Shown here piece by piece: positions 21,602-30,467 of a stretch of 64,000 nt of DNA. Location: assembly GCA_014238535.1 (NCBI GenBank), contig JABAAW010000001.1, forward strand, positions 911 through 64,910, written 5' to 3'. A program made the position numbers and the translations under genes. Under the pieces are notes generated by a model. The model worked only from the letters and a program-made list of their open reading frames with translations, ran no database searches and was not told where the DNA came from. Every line of letters starts with the position of its first letter. Position 1 is the stretch's first letter. This DNA comes from Alphaproteobacteria bacterium (lineage in GTDB: Bacteria; Pseudomonadota; Alphaproteobacteria; JABAAW01).

Positions 21602-22000
21602 CTAGAAAGCGTTTTTGATATGCTCTATGGCGAATGGCGCGATAATTACAGCATCAAAGCGTAAACTATCGATGTTGAGCCAAATAGCGTGTTGCTGGAA
21701 CAGGGCTTCGCCGGCGCGTTGTAGACGTTGTTGCTGTCGCCTAGTTATCGCGTATGCGGCTGTTACTAGGTCTCGGCGCCACTTTACCTCTACGACGACA
21801 AGGGTTTTTCCTTTTTGAGCGAGTAAGTCTACTTCGCCAAGTGGCGAGCGCAAACGCCTGTATAGTATGCGATAGCCTTTGCACAGCAACAGAAGCGCGG
21901 CGATATTTTCACCTAGCTGCCCTTTGCGTGCGCGTTGTGTGCGTTCATTTTTATGCTTGTGTATCTGCATGCTTTCGTTTTTTATTTTTTGTCGGAGCAA
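21602..22000 (-). CDS. yraN: YraN-family (UPF0102) predicted endonuclease
   Basis: GEVDLLAQKGKTLVVVEVKWRR, the restriction-endonuclease-like core of UPF0102. Confidence 0.75.
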   Translation of the reverse strand: MLRQKIKNESMQIHKHKNERTQRARKGQLGENIAALLLLCKGYRILYRRLRSPLGEVDLLAQKGKTLVVVEVKWRRDLVTAAYAITRRQQQRLQRAGEALFQQHAIWLNIDSLRFDAVIIAPFAIEHIKNAF

Positions 22001-22826
22001 TTAGTATTGTGTACTCACCACGAGGTTTTTTTTGCGCTAGTTCAGCGGTTAGATTCTCGATGAGCCCAAAGTGATGGGTTTCAAATACTTTAGTCATTTC
22101 TCTGAGAATGCAAGCCTGTTGCTGCGCGAATAGTTGACTAAGTAAGGTTAGGGTTGGGTGTAGGCGGTGAGGCGTTTCAAAAAATACGAGCGTCGCATCG
22201 CTCCCGACAAGAGACTGTAACAAGCGTTGTTTATGCGTAGTTTTGTGTGGCAGAAACCCTAAGAATAACGCTCGGTCGCTTGGCAATCCGCAAACCGACA
22301 GCGCTGCTGTTAGCGCCGAGGGACCTGGCACGGCGAAGACTGGCAAGCTATTTTCTCTGCAAGTTCGGACGAGTTTCATGCCTGGGTCTGCGAGCGTTGG
22401 CGTGCCGCTATCTGATAGTAGTGCTACGCTTTGTCCATTTTCTATACGCTCGCATATTTTTGCACGCAGGTCAGAATTTGCGTGATCGTCGTAGCGGATC
22501 AATTTTCCTTGCTTATTGGTAATAGCGAAGTGCGATAGTAGGTTTCGAGTGCGCCTTGTATCTTCGCAACAAACTAAGTCGCAACAAGCCAGTAGGCTTA
22601 GCGTTCGTAGCGAGATATCCTGCAAGTTGCCGATCGGCGTTCCGATGACATAAAGACCAGCAATGGGTGATAGTGTTGGTAACTTGATTGAATCGATACC
22701 ATCTAGCCTTGAAGTATTTCTCGGTTTCTGTGGTTTAATTATTGGCATGAGGTATAGGCAATGAGTGTTAGAATGGGCTTTAGTTTGGGTATTTAATATA
22801 TTAGCGTGTTCTATCATCTTGGGCAT
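21951..22826 (-). CDS. rsmI: 16S rRNA (cytidine1402-2'-O)-methyltransferase RsmI
   Basis: LYVIGTPIGNLQDIS tetrapyrrole-methylase-like N-terminus typical of RsmI. Upstream of yraN, as in E. coli. Confidence 0.85.
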   Translation of the reverse strand: MPKMIEHANILNTQTKAHSNTHCLYLMPIIKPQKPRNTSRLDGIDSIKLPTLSPIAGLYVIGTPIGNLQDISLRTLSLLACCDLVCCEDTRRTRNLLSHFAITNKQGKLIRYDDHANSDLRAKICERIENGQSVALLSDSGTPTLADPGMKLVRTCRENSLPVFAVPGPSALTAALSVCGLPSDRALFLGFLPHKTTHKQRLLQSLVGSDATLVFFETPHRLHPTLTLLSQLFAQQQACILREMTKVFETHHFGLIENLTAELAQKKPRGEYTILIAPTKNKKRKHADTQA

Positions 22827-22863
22827 CTCTATCTATAAGAACTTGCAGCAGGGGTGCTAGAGT

Positions 22864-24477
22864 GTGTATGAATTAATGATGGTACAAGTAATACGACATA
22901 AAATAATGCGCGCTGGGTTTTGGTCGTTCTCGACTTTTTGGCTAGTGGTTTTTTTATACGGTTGCACGACGACCTCTGGCGACTTAACTGGCAGCAGTAA
23001 AGTCAAGCGGTTTGGCAGTAAACGCGAACCTGTACTAGTTATGCTCTCGCCAGAGTTAACCGCGCCAAGCGAGCCGCCTCTAAGCCAATTTTTTGTGAAA
23101 GAAGGCAAAGCGAGAGCAGGCAAGGATTCTAACACAGATGGTAAAGATTTTGCTCGTGGTTCAGCCGCCGCGCGCCGCAAGGCTGCGCTCTTGGCTGATA
23201 TTTTGCGGTCACGAAAATCAATTTCTTATGATCGCGATAAGCGATTGGTGATAGGACTTTTGTTACCGCAGAAACGCTTTTCTTCTTTGTCGAAGGTTAT
23301 GGAGCAAGCGGCACGCTTTGCCCTTACGCAAGAGCAACAATTTTCATCTGTTCGCTTGATCGTGCGTGCCTCTGGCGACAAGCCTGCGTTTGCCACTAGC
23401 GCGGCATCTCGACTTATTAGCGAGGGTGCGGATATCATCATCGGTCCGATTTTTGCGGATCAAAGCCGCCCTGTTGCTGAGATTGCAGCTAAGGCGCGTC
23501 GTCCAATGGTATCCTTTTCAAACAACGAAAGTGTCAGTGGTGGTTTTACCTACCGTTTTGGTCTCTCGGTACGCGAGCAGACGGCGAGTGCTTTGCTGGA
23601 TGCTCTCGCGCGTCCGTCGCGAGCTTTCAGGGACGCTTCGTCTAGTAACAATGCGAGGGTACGCGCAGGTGATTGGGGAAATAGAGTTGCTTTCCTTACT
23701 TCGCAGAATGCTTACGGTCGTACCGTTGTTGCGGCGGGTAGTGCCTACCTGCGCTCTCGCGACCTATTGCCTGAACGAGTAGACTTTATCGATACTGCTC
23801 TCGACTATAATAGACTTGACGGTCAGATACGCCACATCGCCGATTATGACTACCGCCAGCTAAGGCTTTCCAAGCAGCGTAAGGGATTGCGTCTAGCGCG
23901 CGCAGATGTTGCCGATGGCTCTGCATCGGCTGAAGAGATAGACTTAGCCCTAGGAGATTTGAAAGACCTAGATACATACGGAGTTCTTCCATTCGATATA
24001 TTGCTTCTAGCCGAGGCGCGTCAAGAAGCGTTACAGGTTGTCTCGTCCTACCTTGCGCTCTACGACATCGATGCCTATAGTGCCAACATCTACGGGTTGT
24101 CTACTTGGGGGCAGATGAGAAATCTATGGCGCGAACCACAACTACAAGGTAGTCGTTATGTTTTTCCTGCGCGTGCGCGCCTCGATGACTTCGCACGGCG
24201 TTTCCACACCTCTCTTAACGACAAGGCTAACGAGCAGGCTAGCGTGCATATTCTAACGGCTCTTGCCTACGATGCTACTCTTACCGCCGCAAGGCTAGGT
24301 GCGCAGAAAGGTTTCATAACGCGTGAAGACCTTGAGCGCGAACAGGGATTCGTAGGAGCAGCAGGTAAATTCAGGCTACGCCCCGATGGCGAGGTGCAGC
24401 GAATATACGAGGTTAGGGAGATAACGCGTAACGGCGACAAGAGTCTTGGGAATGTGCGTAAGACTTTCTTCCCCTAG
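22864..24477 (+). CDS. LpoA/LppC-like lipoprotein (penicillin-binding protein activator family, periplasmic-binding-protein type I fold)
   Basis: Lipobox LVVFLYGC at the N-terminus. Divergent from rsmI and upstream context as for the E. coli lpoA (yraM)-yraN-rsmI locus. 537 aa. Confidence 0.6.
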   Translation: MYELMMVQVIRHKIMRAGFWSFSTFWLVVFLYGCTTTSGDLTGSSKVKRFGSKREPVLVMLSPELTAPSEPPLSQFFVKEGKARAGKDSNTDGKDFARGSAAARRKAALLADILRSRKSISYDRDKRLVIGLLLPQKRFSSLSKVMEQAARFALTQEQQFSSVRLIVRASGDKPAFATSAASRLISEGADIIIGPIFADQSRPVAEIAAKARRPMVSFSNNESVSGGFTYRFGLSVREQTASALLDALARPSRAFRDASSSNNARVRAGDWGNRVAFLTSQNAYGRTVVAAGSAYLRSRDLLPERVDFIDTALDYNRLDGQIRHIADYDYRQLRLSKQRKGLRLARADVADGSASAEEIDLALGDLKDLDTYGVLPFDILLLAEARQEALQVVSSYLALYDIDAYSANIYGLSTWGQMRNLWREPQLQGSRYVFPARARLDDFARRFHTSLNDKANEQASVHILTALAYDATLTAARLGAQKGFITREDLEREQGFVGAAGKFRLRPDGEVQRIYEVREITRNGDKSLGNVRKTFFP

Positions 24478-24550
24478 TATAGGGTTGCTAGGAAACTTCT
24501 ATTGTAGCAAGTTGAGACTCGTAAACACGCTATGCGTTTTATTTTGTTTG

Positions 24551-24624
24551 CGGAGCGTGGCTCAGTTCGGTAGAGCACTCGGCTGGGGGCCGAGGGGTCG
24601 CAGGTTCAAATCCTGCCGCTCCGA
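24551..24624 (+). tRNA. tRNA-Pro (anticodon GGG); CCA not encoded
   Basis: Cloverleaf folded by hand: acceptor cggagcg/cgctccg, D-stem gctc/gagc, anticodon stem ctcgg/ccgag with loop cuGGGgg, T-stem gcagg/cctgc with loop ttcaaat, discriminator A. Confidence 0.8.
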
Positions 24625-24657
24625 TCATCGATCATTGCCTTTACTAGCCTCTCATAC

Positions 24658-25566
24658 ATGATGGGTGCGCCAGTAACCTTTGTAGCCGCCTGCGTTCAGA
24701 TGTCGAGCGGAGTTTCAGTCGCTAACAATCTTGCGCATATATCTAACGCGGTTGCAGCGGCTAAAGCTTTGGGTGCCGATTGGGTGTTTCTACCAGAAGG
24801 TAGCAACCTGATGCAGCGCGATGGCGATGCTGCTTGGCGTAGTGCACGCTATGCAGGGCGGGATGGGGGGGAAACTATAGGAATGGAAGCGCAAGATGGA
24901 ATTCCTTCAGACGAGATTTCTTTCCTTGCGCGCCTTGCCAAGCAACACCAGCTATGGTTACACGCTGGCTCGTTGATCTTACGCCATGAGAGTAAGCCGC
25001 AGAAATTAGTCAATCGTAGTCTATTGTTTTCCGCCGATGGCTTGCTTGTGGCAAGTTACGATAAAATTCACATGTTCGATGTCACTCTTCAGGGTGGTGA
25101 GTCGTACTGTGAATCGGCTAGCTATATCGCAGGTTCGCGTGCGGTGCTAGCCCCTTCTCCGTGGGGAGCCTTAGGAATGAGTATCTGCTACGACTTGCGG
25201 TTTCCTCGCCTTTATCGCCACTTGGCTGAGGTTGGCGCGGTGTTTTTTGCTGTCCCTTCAGCTTTCACAAAGACGACTGGCATGGCGCATTGGAGCAGTT
25301 TGTTGCGCGCGCGCGCTATTGAAAATGGTTGTTTCGTCTTCGCTGCTGCGCAAAGCGGTTTGCTAGAGGATGGAAGGTCTTGCTGGGGCAGGTCGATGAT
25401 CATCTCACCTTGGGGAGAGGTTCTTGCCGAAGCAGGCGATGAGTCCGCCACTATTGTTAGTGCTGAGATCGATGTTTCGCGTGTTGCCGAAACGCGCAAG
25501 CGCATCCCCGCGCTGGCACTAGAGCGTCCTTTCCTTCCCGCTTCTCCTTCGCATGCTTTAGCCTAA
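24658..25566 (+). CDS. Carbon-nitrogen hydrolase (nitrilase superfamily amidohydrolase)
   Basis: Glu-Lys-Cys catalytic triad context (FLPEG, the Cys in SICYDLRFP); 302 aa. Confidence 0.8.
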   Translation: MMGAPVTFVAACVQMSSGVSVANNLAHISNAVAAAKALGADWVFLPEGSNLMQRDGDAAWRSARYAGRDGGETIGMEAQDGIPSDEISFLARLAKQHQLWLHAGSLILRHESKPQKLVNRSLLFSADGLLVASYDKIHMFDVTLQGGESYCESASYIAGSRAVLAPSPWGALGMSICYDLRFPRLYRHLAEVGAVFFAVPSAFTKTTGMAHWSSLLRARAIENGCFVFAAAQSGLLEDGRSCWGRSMIISPWGEVLAEAGDESATIVSAEIDVSRVAETRKRIPALALERPFLPASPSHALA

Positions 25567-25584
25567 GTGTGCTAGGGCGAATAG

Positions 25585-26673
25585 TTAACTTATGCGTGTT
25601 TCGATTGTACCTACCCTAAAGCCGCGAAAATTTGTTAGCGGCTTGTCGGCGAAATCTATGGATGGTTTTGCGGACTGTTCGACGCTCGGTTCGCTTGGAA
25701 GTAACTCCAGACTTTGTAACAATTTTGCCATCGCGGCTTTGGCTGCGCGCGTCGCTCCGTCGACGCACTTGACAGCTATGCCTAGTTTTAACTTCGCAAG
25801 AGCTGCTGTATAGACACCCTCTGCGCCAGACTTGACGACGAATGCTCCGTTGGCTTGCTGCATCATTAGCGTGTCTGCTTGCTTGCTACCGGCGACAAAG
25901 AAAGGTTGCTTAACCATCGCTTGGAATAGTTCTTTTGCTACTTGCTGGCGTTTTTCACCTATTGGACCGCTCATTAGACTCGGTTCGCCGAAGCGCGCGA
26001 GTCCTCGCGCAAGCACATATAGCGGCAGAGCGAAGGCAGGAATAGAGCATCCGTCGCGTCCTCGGGGTGCTTGTTGCAGGTCGTATTTTAGGAAATGCGA
26101 GCAGACTTCGGTCACTCTCTGCTGTACGGGATGGTCGTATTCGCAATATCCTTCGACCTCCCAATTTTGTGCGCGCGCAAGGCTTAGCATAGAGCAGTGC
26201 TTTCCCGAACACATGTGGTGCGAGGGTTGGTTTTTTTCACCATTCGCGACGAGCATCTTCGCGCTTGCTTTATCTAGTGGCGAGTGCGTGCCGCAGGCGA
26301 GGTCGCTTTCGCTCAAACCAATTTTAGCGAGCCATTGTCGCACTTTCTCGACATGCTTTTTTTCACCGCTATGCGAGCCGCAAGCTATTGCAGAACATTC
26401 TTGGTCTAACGCGAAGCGCATCGAGGCGTCGCTTTCGCCGAAGGCGACGGCTTGGATCATTTTTAATGACGAGCGTGGGAAGGTGATGAATTCTTTTTCG
26501 CCGAAGCTAGCTATGATTTCGCTTGCGCTATTGCAGATGACAGCGTGGCAAATATGGCGTGATTCTACTTGTTGCTCTTCCTCGCCGCGCGTAATCAGCA
26601 CTTCTATCGGGGGGTGCTCTCCTTTTAGCATGGTAGTCGTAGCGTCAGCTATTTCCGCTAGAGCCGAAGCCAT
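25585..26673 (-). CDS. Asparaginase II family protein (PF06089-like)
   Basis: TFPRSSLKMIQA, ACGSHSGE and HMCSGKHCSML blocks match the Rhizobium-type L-asparaginase II family. Confidence 0.7.
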   Translation of the reverse strand: MASALAEIADATTTMLKGEHPPIEVLITRGEEEQQVESRHICHAVICNSASEIIASFGEKEFITFPRSSLKMIQAVAFGESDASMRFALDQECSAIACGSHSGEKKHVEKVRQWLAKIGLSESDLACGTHSPLDKASAKMLVANGEKNQPSHHMCSGKHCSMLSLARAQNWEVEGYCEYDHPVQQRVTEVCSHFLKYDLQQAPRGRDGCSIPAFALPLYVLARGLARFGEPSLMSGPIGEKRQQVAKELFQAMVKQPFFVAGSKQADTLMMQQANGAFVVKSGAEGVYTAALAKLKLGIAVKCVDGATRAAKAAMAKLLQSLELLPSEPSVEQSAKPSIDFADKPLTNFRGFRVGTIETRIS

Positions 26674-27142
26674 TTTCTTCGCGTGCAGTTTTGGATAGGG
26701 TTTCAGCGAGCGTGAAACTTACGCTCGCATAATGCGCGAAGACTAGCTGTGCTATCCGCATTCCGCGCCTGATCGTGAAAGATTCTTTACCGTGATTGAT
26801 AAGGATAACCTTTATCTCGCCGCGGTAGTCGTTATCGATCGTGCCTGGGGTATTTAGGCAGGTGATGGCGTGCTTCAAGGCTAGTCCAGAGCGAGGGCGG
26901 ATTTGTGCCTCCATCGCCATTGGTAGAGCGATGGCTATTCCACAAGGAACAGCTACTGGTGCGCTAGGTTTTAGTTGTAGACAATCACTGATAGCGGCGC
27001 GTAGATCGTAGCCTACCGCACCACCGCTCGCGCGTTGCGGCAAATCTAACCCCTCGCCGTGTGGCAGTATGCGGATCGCAACTCTCAATAGAGTTTCAAG
27101 TGCTTCTTCGCTTGTTCTTTTTGAGAGAATGTTTGCTGTCAT
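26645..27142 (-). CDS. dut: dUTP diphosphatase
   Basis: dUTPase motifs GAVGYDLRA, RSGLALKH and NTPGTIDNDYRGE. The start is trimmed to the internal MTANIL so that it abuts the coaBC stop at 27147. Confidence 0.85.
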   Translation of the reverse strand: MTANILSKRTSEEALETLLRVAIRILPHGEGLDLPQRASGGAVGYDLRAAISDCLQLKPSAPVAVPCGIAIALPMAMEAQIRPRSGLALKHAITCLNTPGTIDNDYRGEIKVILINHGKESFTIRRGMRIAQLVFAHYASVSFTLAETLSKTAREENGFGSSGNS

Positions 27143-27146
27143 TCTG

Positions 27147-28478
27147 CTAGCTTTTTTCCGTTTTCTGCGCGCGAGTATCTTTAGATAAGCTTCGAGCCAG
27201 CGAACCATCAAGATACGCAGCCACTTTTTCGGCGATACGATTAGCAACTGCCCGTTTTGTCATTTTTGGCAATGCTTCCACTTGCCCGTTTTTTTCTAGT
27301 ATTCGTACGCGGTTGAATTCAGAGTTGAATACGGAATCGCGCAATACATCGTTAGCGATTAGCCAATCGCAATTTTTGGTACAAATTTTGGCATGCTGTT
27401 TTTCTGCTAATCCTTTCTCTGTTATTTCGGTTTGCGCGGCGAAACCTATTACGAGCTGCGGACGCTTGCTCCGTGGTAGGTTTGCAACCTCTGCCAAGAT
27501 GTCTTTGTTTGCGACTAACTCAATTTTGCCCGACAATGCTTTTTTCGGTAGCTTATGCGAGTGGTTTTCTTTCGGATGAAAGTCCGATACGGCTGCTGCG
27601 AAGATTGCAACTTGTAGCGGTTTAGAGTTTTTCAAGCCGTTATTTAATTCATCGAGGCAGACTTGCGCCATTTCGGCTGCGCTCTCGACTCGGATTGCCC
27701 TTATGCGCGGCGAGGAAGGCGGTGGTAGTAGGCTTGCCCCAGCGACTAGCACCACTTGCGCTCCGCGCTCGGCGAACGCTTGAGCGAGCGCGTAACCTTG
27801 TCTCCCCGACGAGCGGTTAGAGATAAATCGCACGGGATCGATTGCCTCAAGCGTAGGTCCAGCAGTTATCAATATACGAACATTCTCAAGTAGGTTTATG
27901 TTAACGCGTGCGTGCTCGATAAGCGTTACGATTTCTTGTGGTTCGCTCATACGCCCTAAACCGACTTCCCCGCAGGCGGTCGGACCTAGGCAGGGGCCTA
28001 TAAACTTTACGCCGCGTGCTTGTAGCAAGGCTGTATTGTGCACGGTCGCGGGGTTTTGCCACATTTGCGGATTCATGGCGGGTGCGGCGAATATTGCTAC
28101 ATTTGGCTGCAATGCCAGCACGGTTGTAGAGCTTAGATCGTCGCACAATCCGTTGGCGATACGAGCCAAGCCATTTGCAGAAGCTGGTGCGATTAACACT
28201 ATGTGCGCCCAGCGAGCGAGCGAGATATGCAACATATTGGCGCTGTGGTCTGCATCGTCGAACATTTCAACGCATACGCTAGCCTCGCTAGCTTGCGCGA
28301 GTGATTCGCGAGCGACGAAGCGAGCAGCATTTTTTGTCATTATCACGCGCAAGTCAAACCCGCTACGACGCAAGAGTCGGCATAGTAGTGGCGTTTTGTA
28401 GGCAGCTATACCACCCATCACCACTAGCAGTATGTTTCTAGGTAATCTTTTTGGTGTCGTGTTAGCTAGTTGCGGCAT
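27147..28478 (-). CDS. coaBC: Bifunctional phosphopantothenoylcysteine decarboxylase / phosphopantothenate--cysteine ligase
   Basis: N-terminal flavoprotein (GGIAAYK) and C-terminal CoaB (DFHP, KK..GK) halves. Probable start is MPQLAN; the track ORF extends to 28517. Confidence 0.9.
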   Translation of the reverse strand: MPQLANTTPKRLPRNILLVVMGGIAAYKTPLLCRLLRRSGFDLRVIMTKNAARFVARESLAQASEASVCVEMFDDADHSANMLHISLARWAHIVLIAPASANGLARIANGLCDDLSSTTVLALQPNVAIFAAPAMNPQMWQNPATVHNTALLQARGVKFIGPCLGPTACGEVGLGRMSEPQEIVTLIEHARVNINLLENVRILITAGPTLEAIDPVRFISNRSSGRQGYALAQAFAERGAQVVLVAGASLLPPPSSPRIRAIRVESAAEMAQVCLDELNNGLKNSKPLQVAIFAAAVSDFHPKENHSHKLPKKALSGKIELVANKDILAEVANLPRSKRPQLVIGFAAQTEITEKGLAEKQHAKICTKNCDWLIANDVLRDSVFNSEFNRVRILEKNGQVEALPKMTKRAVANRIAEKVAAYLDGSLARSLSKDTRAQKTEKS

Positions 28479-28601
28479 AGTGGTATTATACACTTGCTGA
28501 GATGCTTTAAAATGCATTTTATAATAAATCGCTAGAGCGAGTCTTTTGCTCGAATCTATACAAGTTCTCTATTGTGCTATAGTGTTTGTAAATAAGACAG
28601 A

Positions 28602-30422
28602 ATGTTGCTTGATTGTAATAATTATAACTATTTAGGTGTGGCTACTACGCGCTCCGCTAAGGTCTGTTTTTCGCCTGAAGCATCGGTTAATCGCGAACTT
28701 GCTCGCCCGCTGGCACTTGTTGGTATGCCCGGTTGTGGTAAGAGCAGTCTGGCTGCCGCGCTTGCGCGCTCGTTGGGAATAGATTTTTTCGACAGCGACC
28801 AGCTGGTAGAGCAAAAGAGCGGTACTACGATTGCCGATATTTTTGCGAAAAATGGCGAGGCGCATTTCCGTAAGCTCGAGTGCGGGGTTATCAGCGAGCT
28901 GGCGCGAGATTGGGCTGAGAAGCGTATCAAACCATTCGTGCTGGCGAGCGGTGGTGGAGCGATGGCGAATCCCCATAGCCACAAGGTTCTGCAAAAGCAC
29001 TTTACGACTGTTTGGCTCGATTGTCCGTTGGATGTTTTGCAACAAAGACTCGTCAGACAACGAGACGATAAGAAATGCGAAGGACAACCCCGCCCGCTTC
29101 TGAAGGGCAAGGAAGCGGATGGCTTGAAGGCGCGTCTGCAGGCTTTGTTGGATGCTCGGCGTAGAAGCTACGCCGTAGCCGATCGGCGCCTTGCCATTTC
29201 TGAAGACGATTCGATCACGCGCCTTGTCTCGCGTTTGCGAAAATTGATGGTATCTCGCGCAACACCCCGCAGAGAGGCGAGTATCCGAGAATCTACCAAC
29301 CAAGAAAAAATTAGTCTATCATTGCCCACAGGAAGCTACGATATTCTGGTCGGTGCTGGTTTATTGGATAAAGCAAGCGATGTCTTACTTAAGCACGCAG
29401 GCGTAAGCGATATTATTATCGTAGTAGAGCGTAAACTAGTCCATCACGCCGAAGCCTTGCGTTCTAACCTGCAAGCACGGGCTCGTAAGGTGGTTATCGT
29501 TTCGATTCTAGTATCGGAATCGCGAAAAACTCTACGTACTGCGGAACGCTTGTGCCACCGATTGTCATCAATTGGTGCGGACCGCGATAGTCTGATCGTC
29601 GTTATTGGTGGCGGGGTGCTGTGCGACATTGCGGCGTTTGCAGCATCTATTTTCATGCGAGGGGTGTCTTTTGCCCTATTGCCCACTACCCTGCTAGCTC
29701 AGGTTGATGCAGCGATCGGTGGCAAGAACGGTGTCAATAGTGAGGCTGGTAAAAATATGCTTGGCGTATTTAGCCAACCCAAGGTCGTGTTATGCGATAC
29801 GGATTTTCTATCGACTCTTCCCGCGCGTCACATGCGCTGTGGCTATGCGGAAATATTGAAGTATGCATTGATTGTAGATGCTCCTTTTTTTGCATGGCTT
29901 GAAGAACATGGGGCTAAGTTATTTGTGCGTGATCCTAAAGCGTTGACTTACGCTATTGCCCACAGCGTGCGAATCAAATCTCGTCTTGTAGAGCAGGACG
30001 AGCGTGATCAATCGGGGCAACGAGCCCTTTTGAACTTGGGGCATACCTTTGGGCATGCCTTGGAGAAGTTGAGTTGCTATCGTGTTGCGCATGGCGAAGC
30101 GGTGGCATTCGGTTGCTTGTTGGCATTCCGCTTTGCGGTCGCTTTGGCTCGTTGTAAAAGTGAGGCGGCAGAGAGTCTAGCGCAACATTTGCGGGGTTGC
30201 GGTCTGCCGACTAGACTATTAGATTTGCAAATAGACGAATCACAGCATGTACAACTTCGTGATTCTACAAGCTGGGTTTCGGCAATGAGCGACGACAAGA
30301 AGCGTTTGGTTGGCGCTCTTCGTTTAGTTTTACCAAATGAAATAGGCGCGTGCGCCCTGCAAGAACCGATGGAGTTAAAAACTCTCTCGAAGATGCTTGC
30401 GCCTTTGTTGCAAGACATATAG
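28602..30422 (+). CDS. aroKB: Fused shikimate kinase / 3-dehydroquinate synthase (AroK-AroB in one 606-aa ORF)
   Basis: N-terminal P-loop GMPGCGKSS with a shikimate kinase fold (~200 aa). This is followed in-frame by dehydroquinate synthase motifs (GGGVLCDIAAFAA, the GGKNGVN Rossmann-like block, HTFGHALE). Confidence 0.8.
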   Translation: MLLDCNNYNYLGVATTRSAKVCFSPEASVNRELARPLALVGMPGCGKSSLAAALARSLGIDFFDSDQLVEQKSGTTIADIFAKNGEAHFRKLECGVISELARDWAEKRIKPFVLASGGGAMANPHSHKVLQKHFTTVWLDCPLDVLQQRLVRQRDDKKCEGQPRPLLKGKEADGLKARLQALLDARRRSYAVADRRLAISEDDSITRLVSRLRKLMVSRATPRREASIRESTNQEKISLSLPTGSYDILVGAGLLDKASDVLLKHAGVSDIIIVVERKLVHHAEALRSNLQARARKVVIVSILVSESRKTLRTAERLCHRLSSIGADRDSLIVVIGGGVLCDIAAFAASIFMRGVSFALLPTTLLAQVDAAIGGKNGVNSEAGKNMLGVFSQPKVVLCDTDFLSTLPARHMRCGYAEILKYALIVDAPFFAWLEEHGAKLFVRDPKALTYAIAHSVRIKSRLVEQDERDQSGQRALLNLGHTFGHALEKLSCYRVAHGEAVAFGCLLAFRFAVALARCKSEAAESLAQHLRGCGLPTRLLDLQIDESQHVQLRDSTSWVSAMSDDKKRLVGALRLVLPNEIGACALQEPMELKTLSKMLAPLLQDI

Positions 30423-30467
30423 CGAGGTTACACTTTTATTTTTCACACGATAACTATTAGCGAATGG

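Noticed and set aside
24446-24661. 71-aa track ORF overlapping the tRNA-Pro gene
   Set aside because: It is fully explained by the tRNA cloverleaf at 24551-24624. It has no RBS or coding features and is translated across structured RNA.
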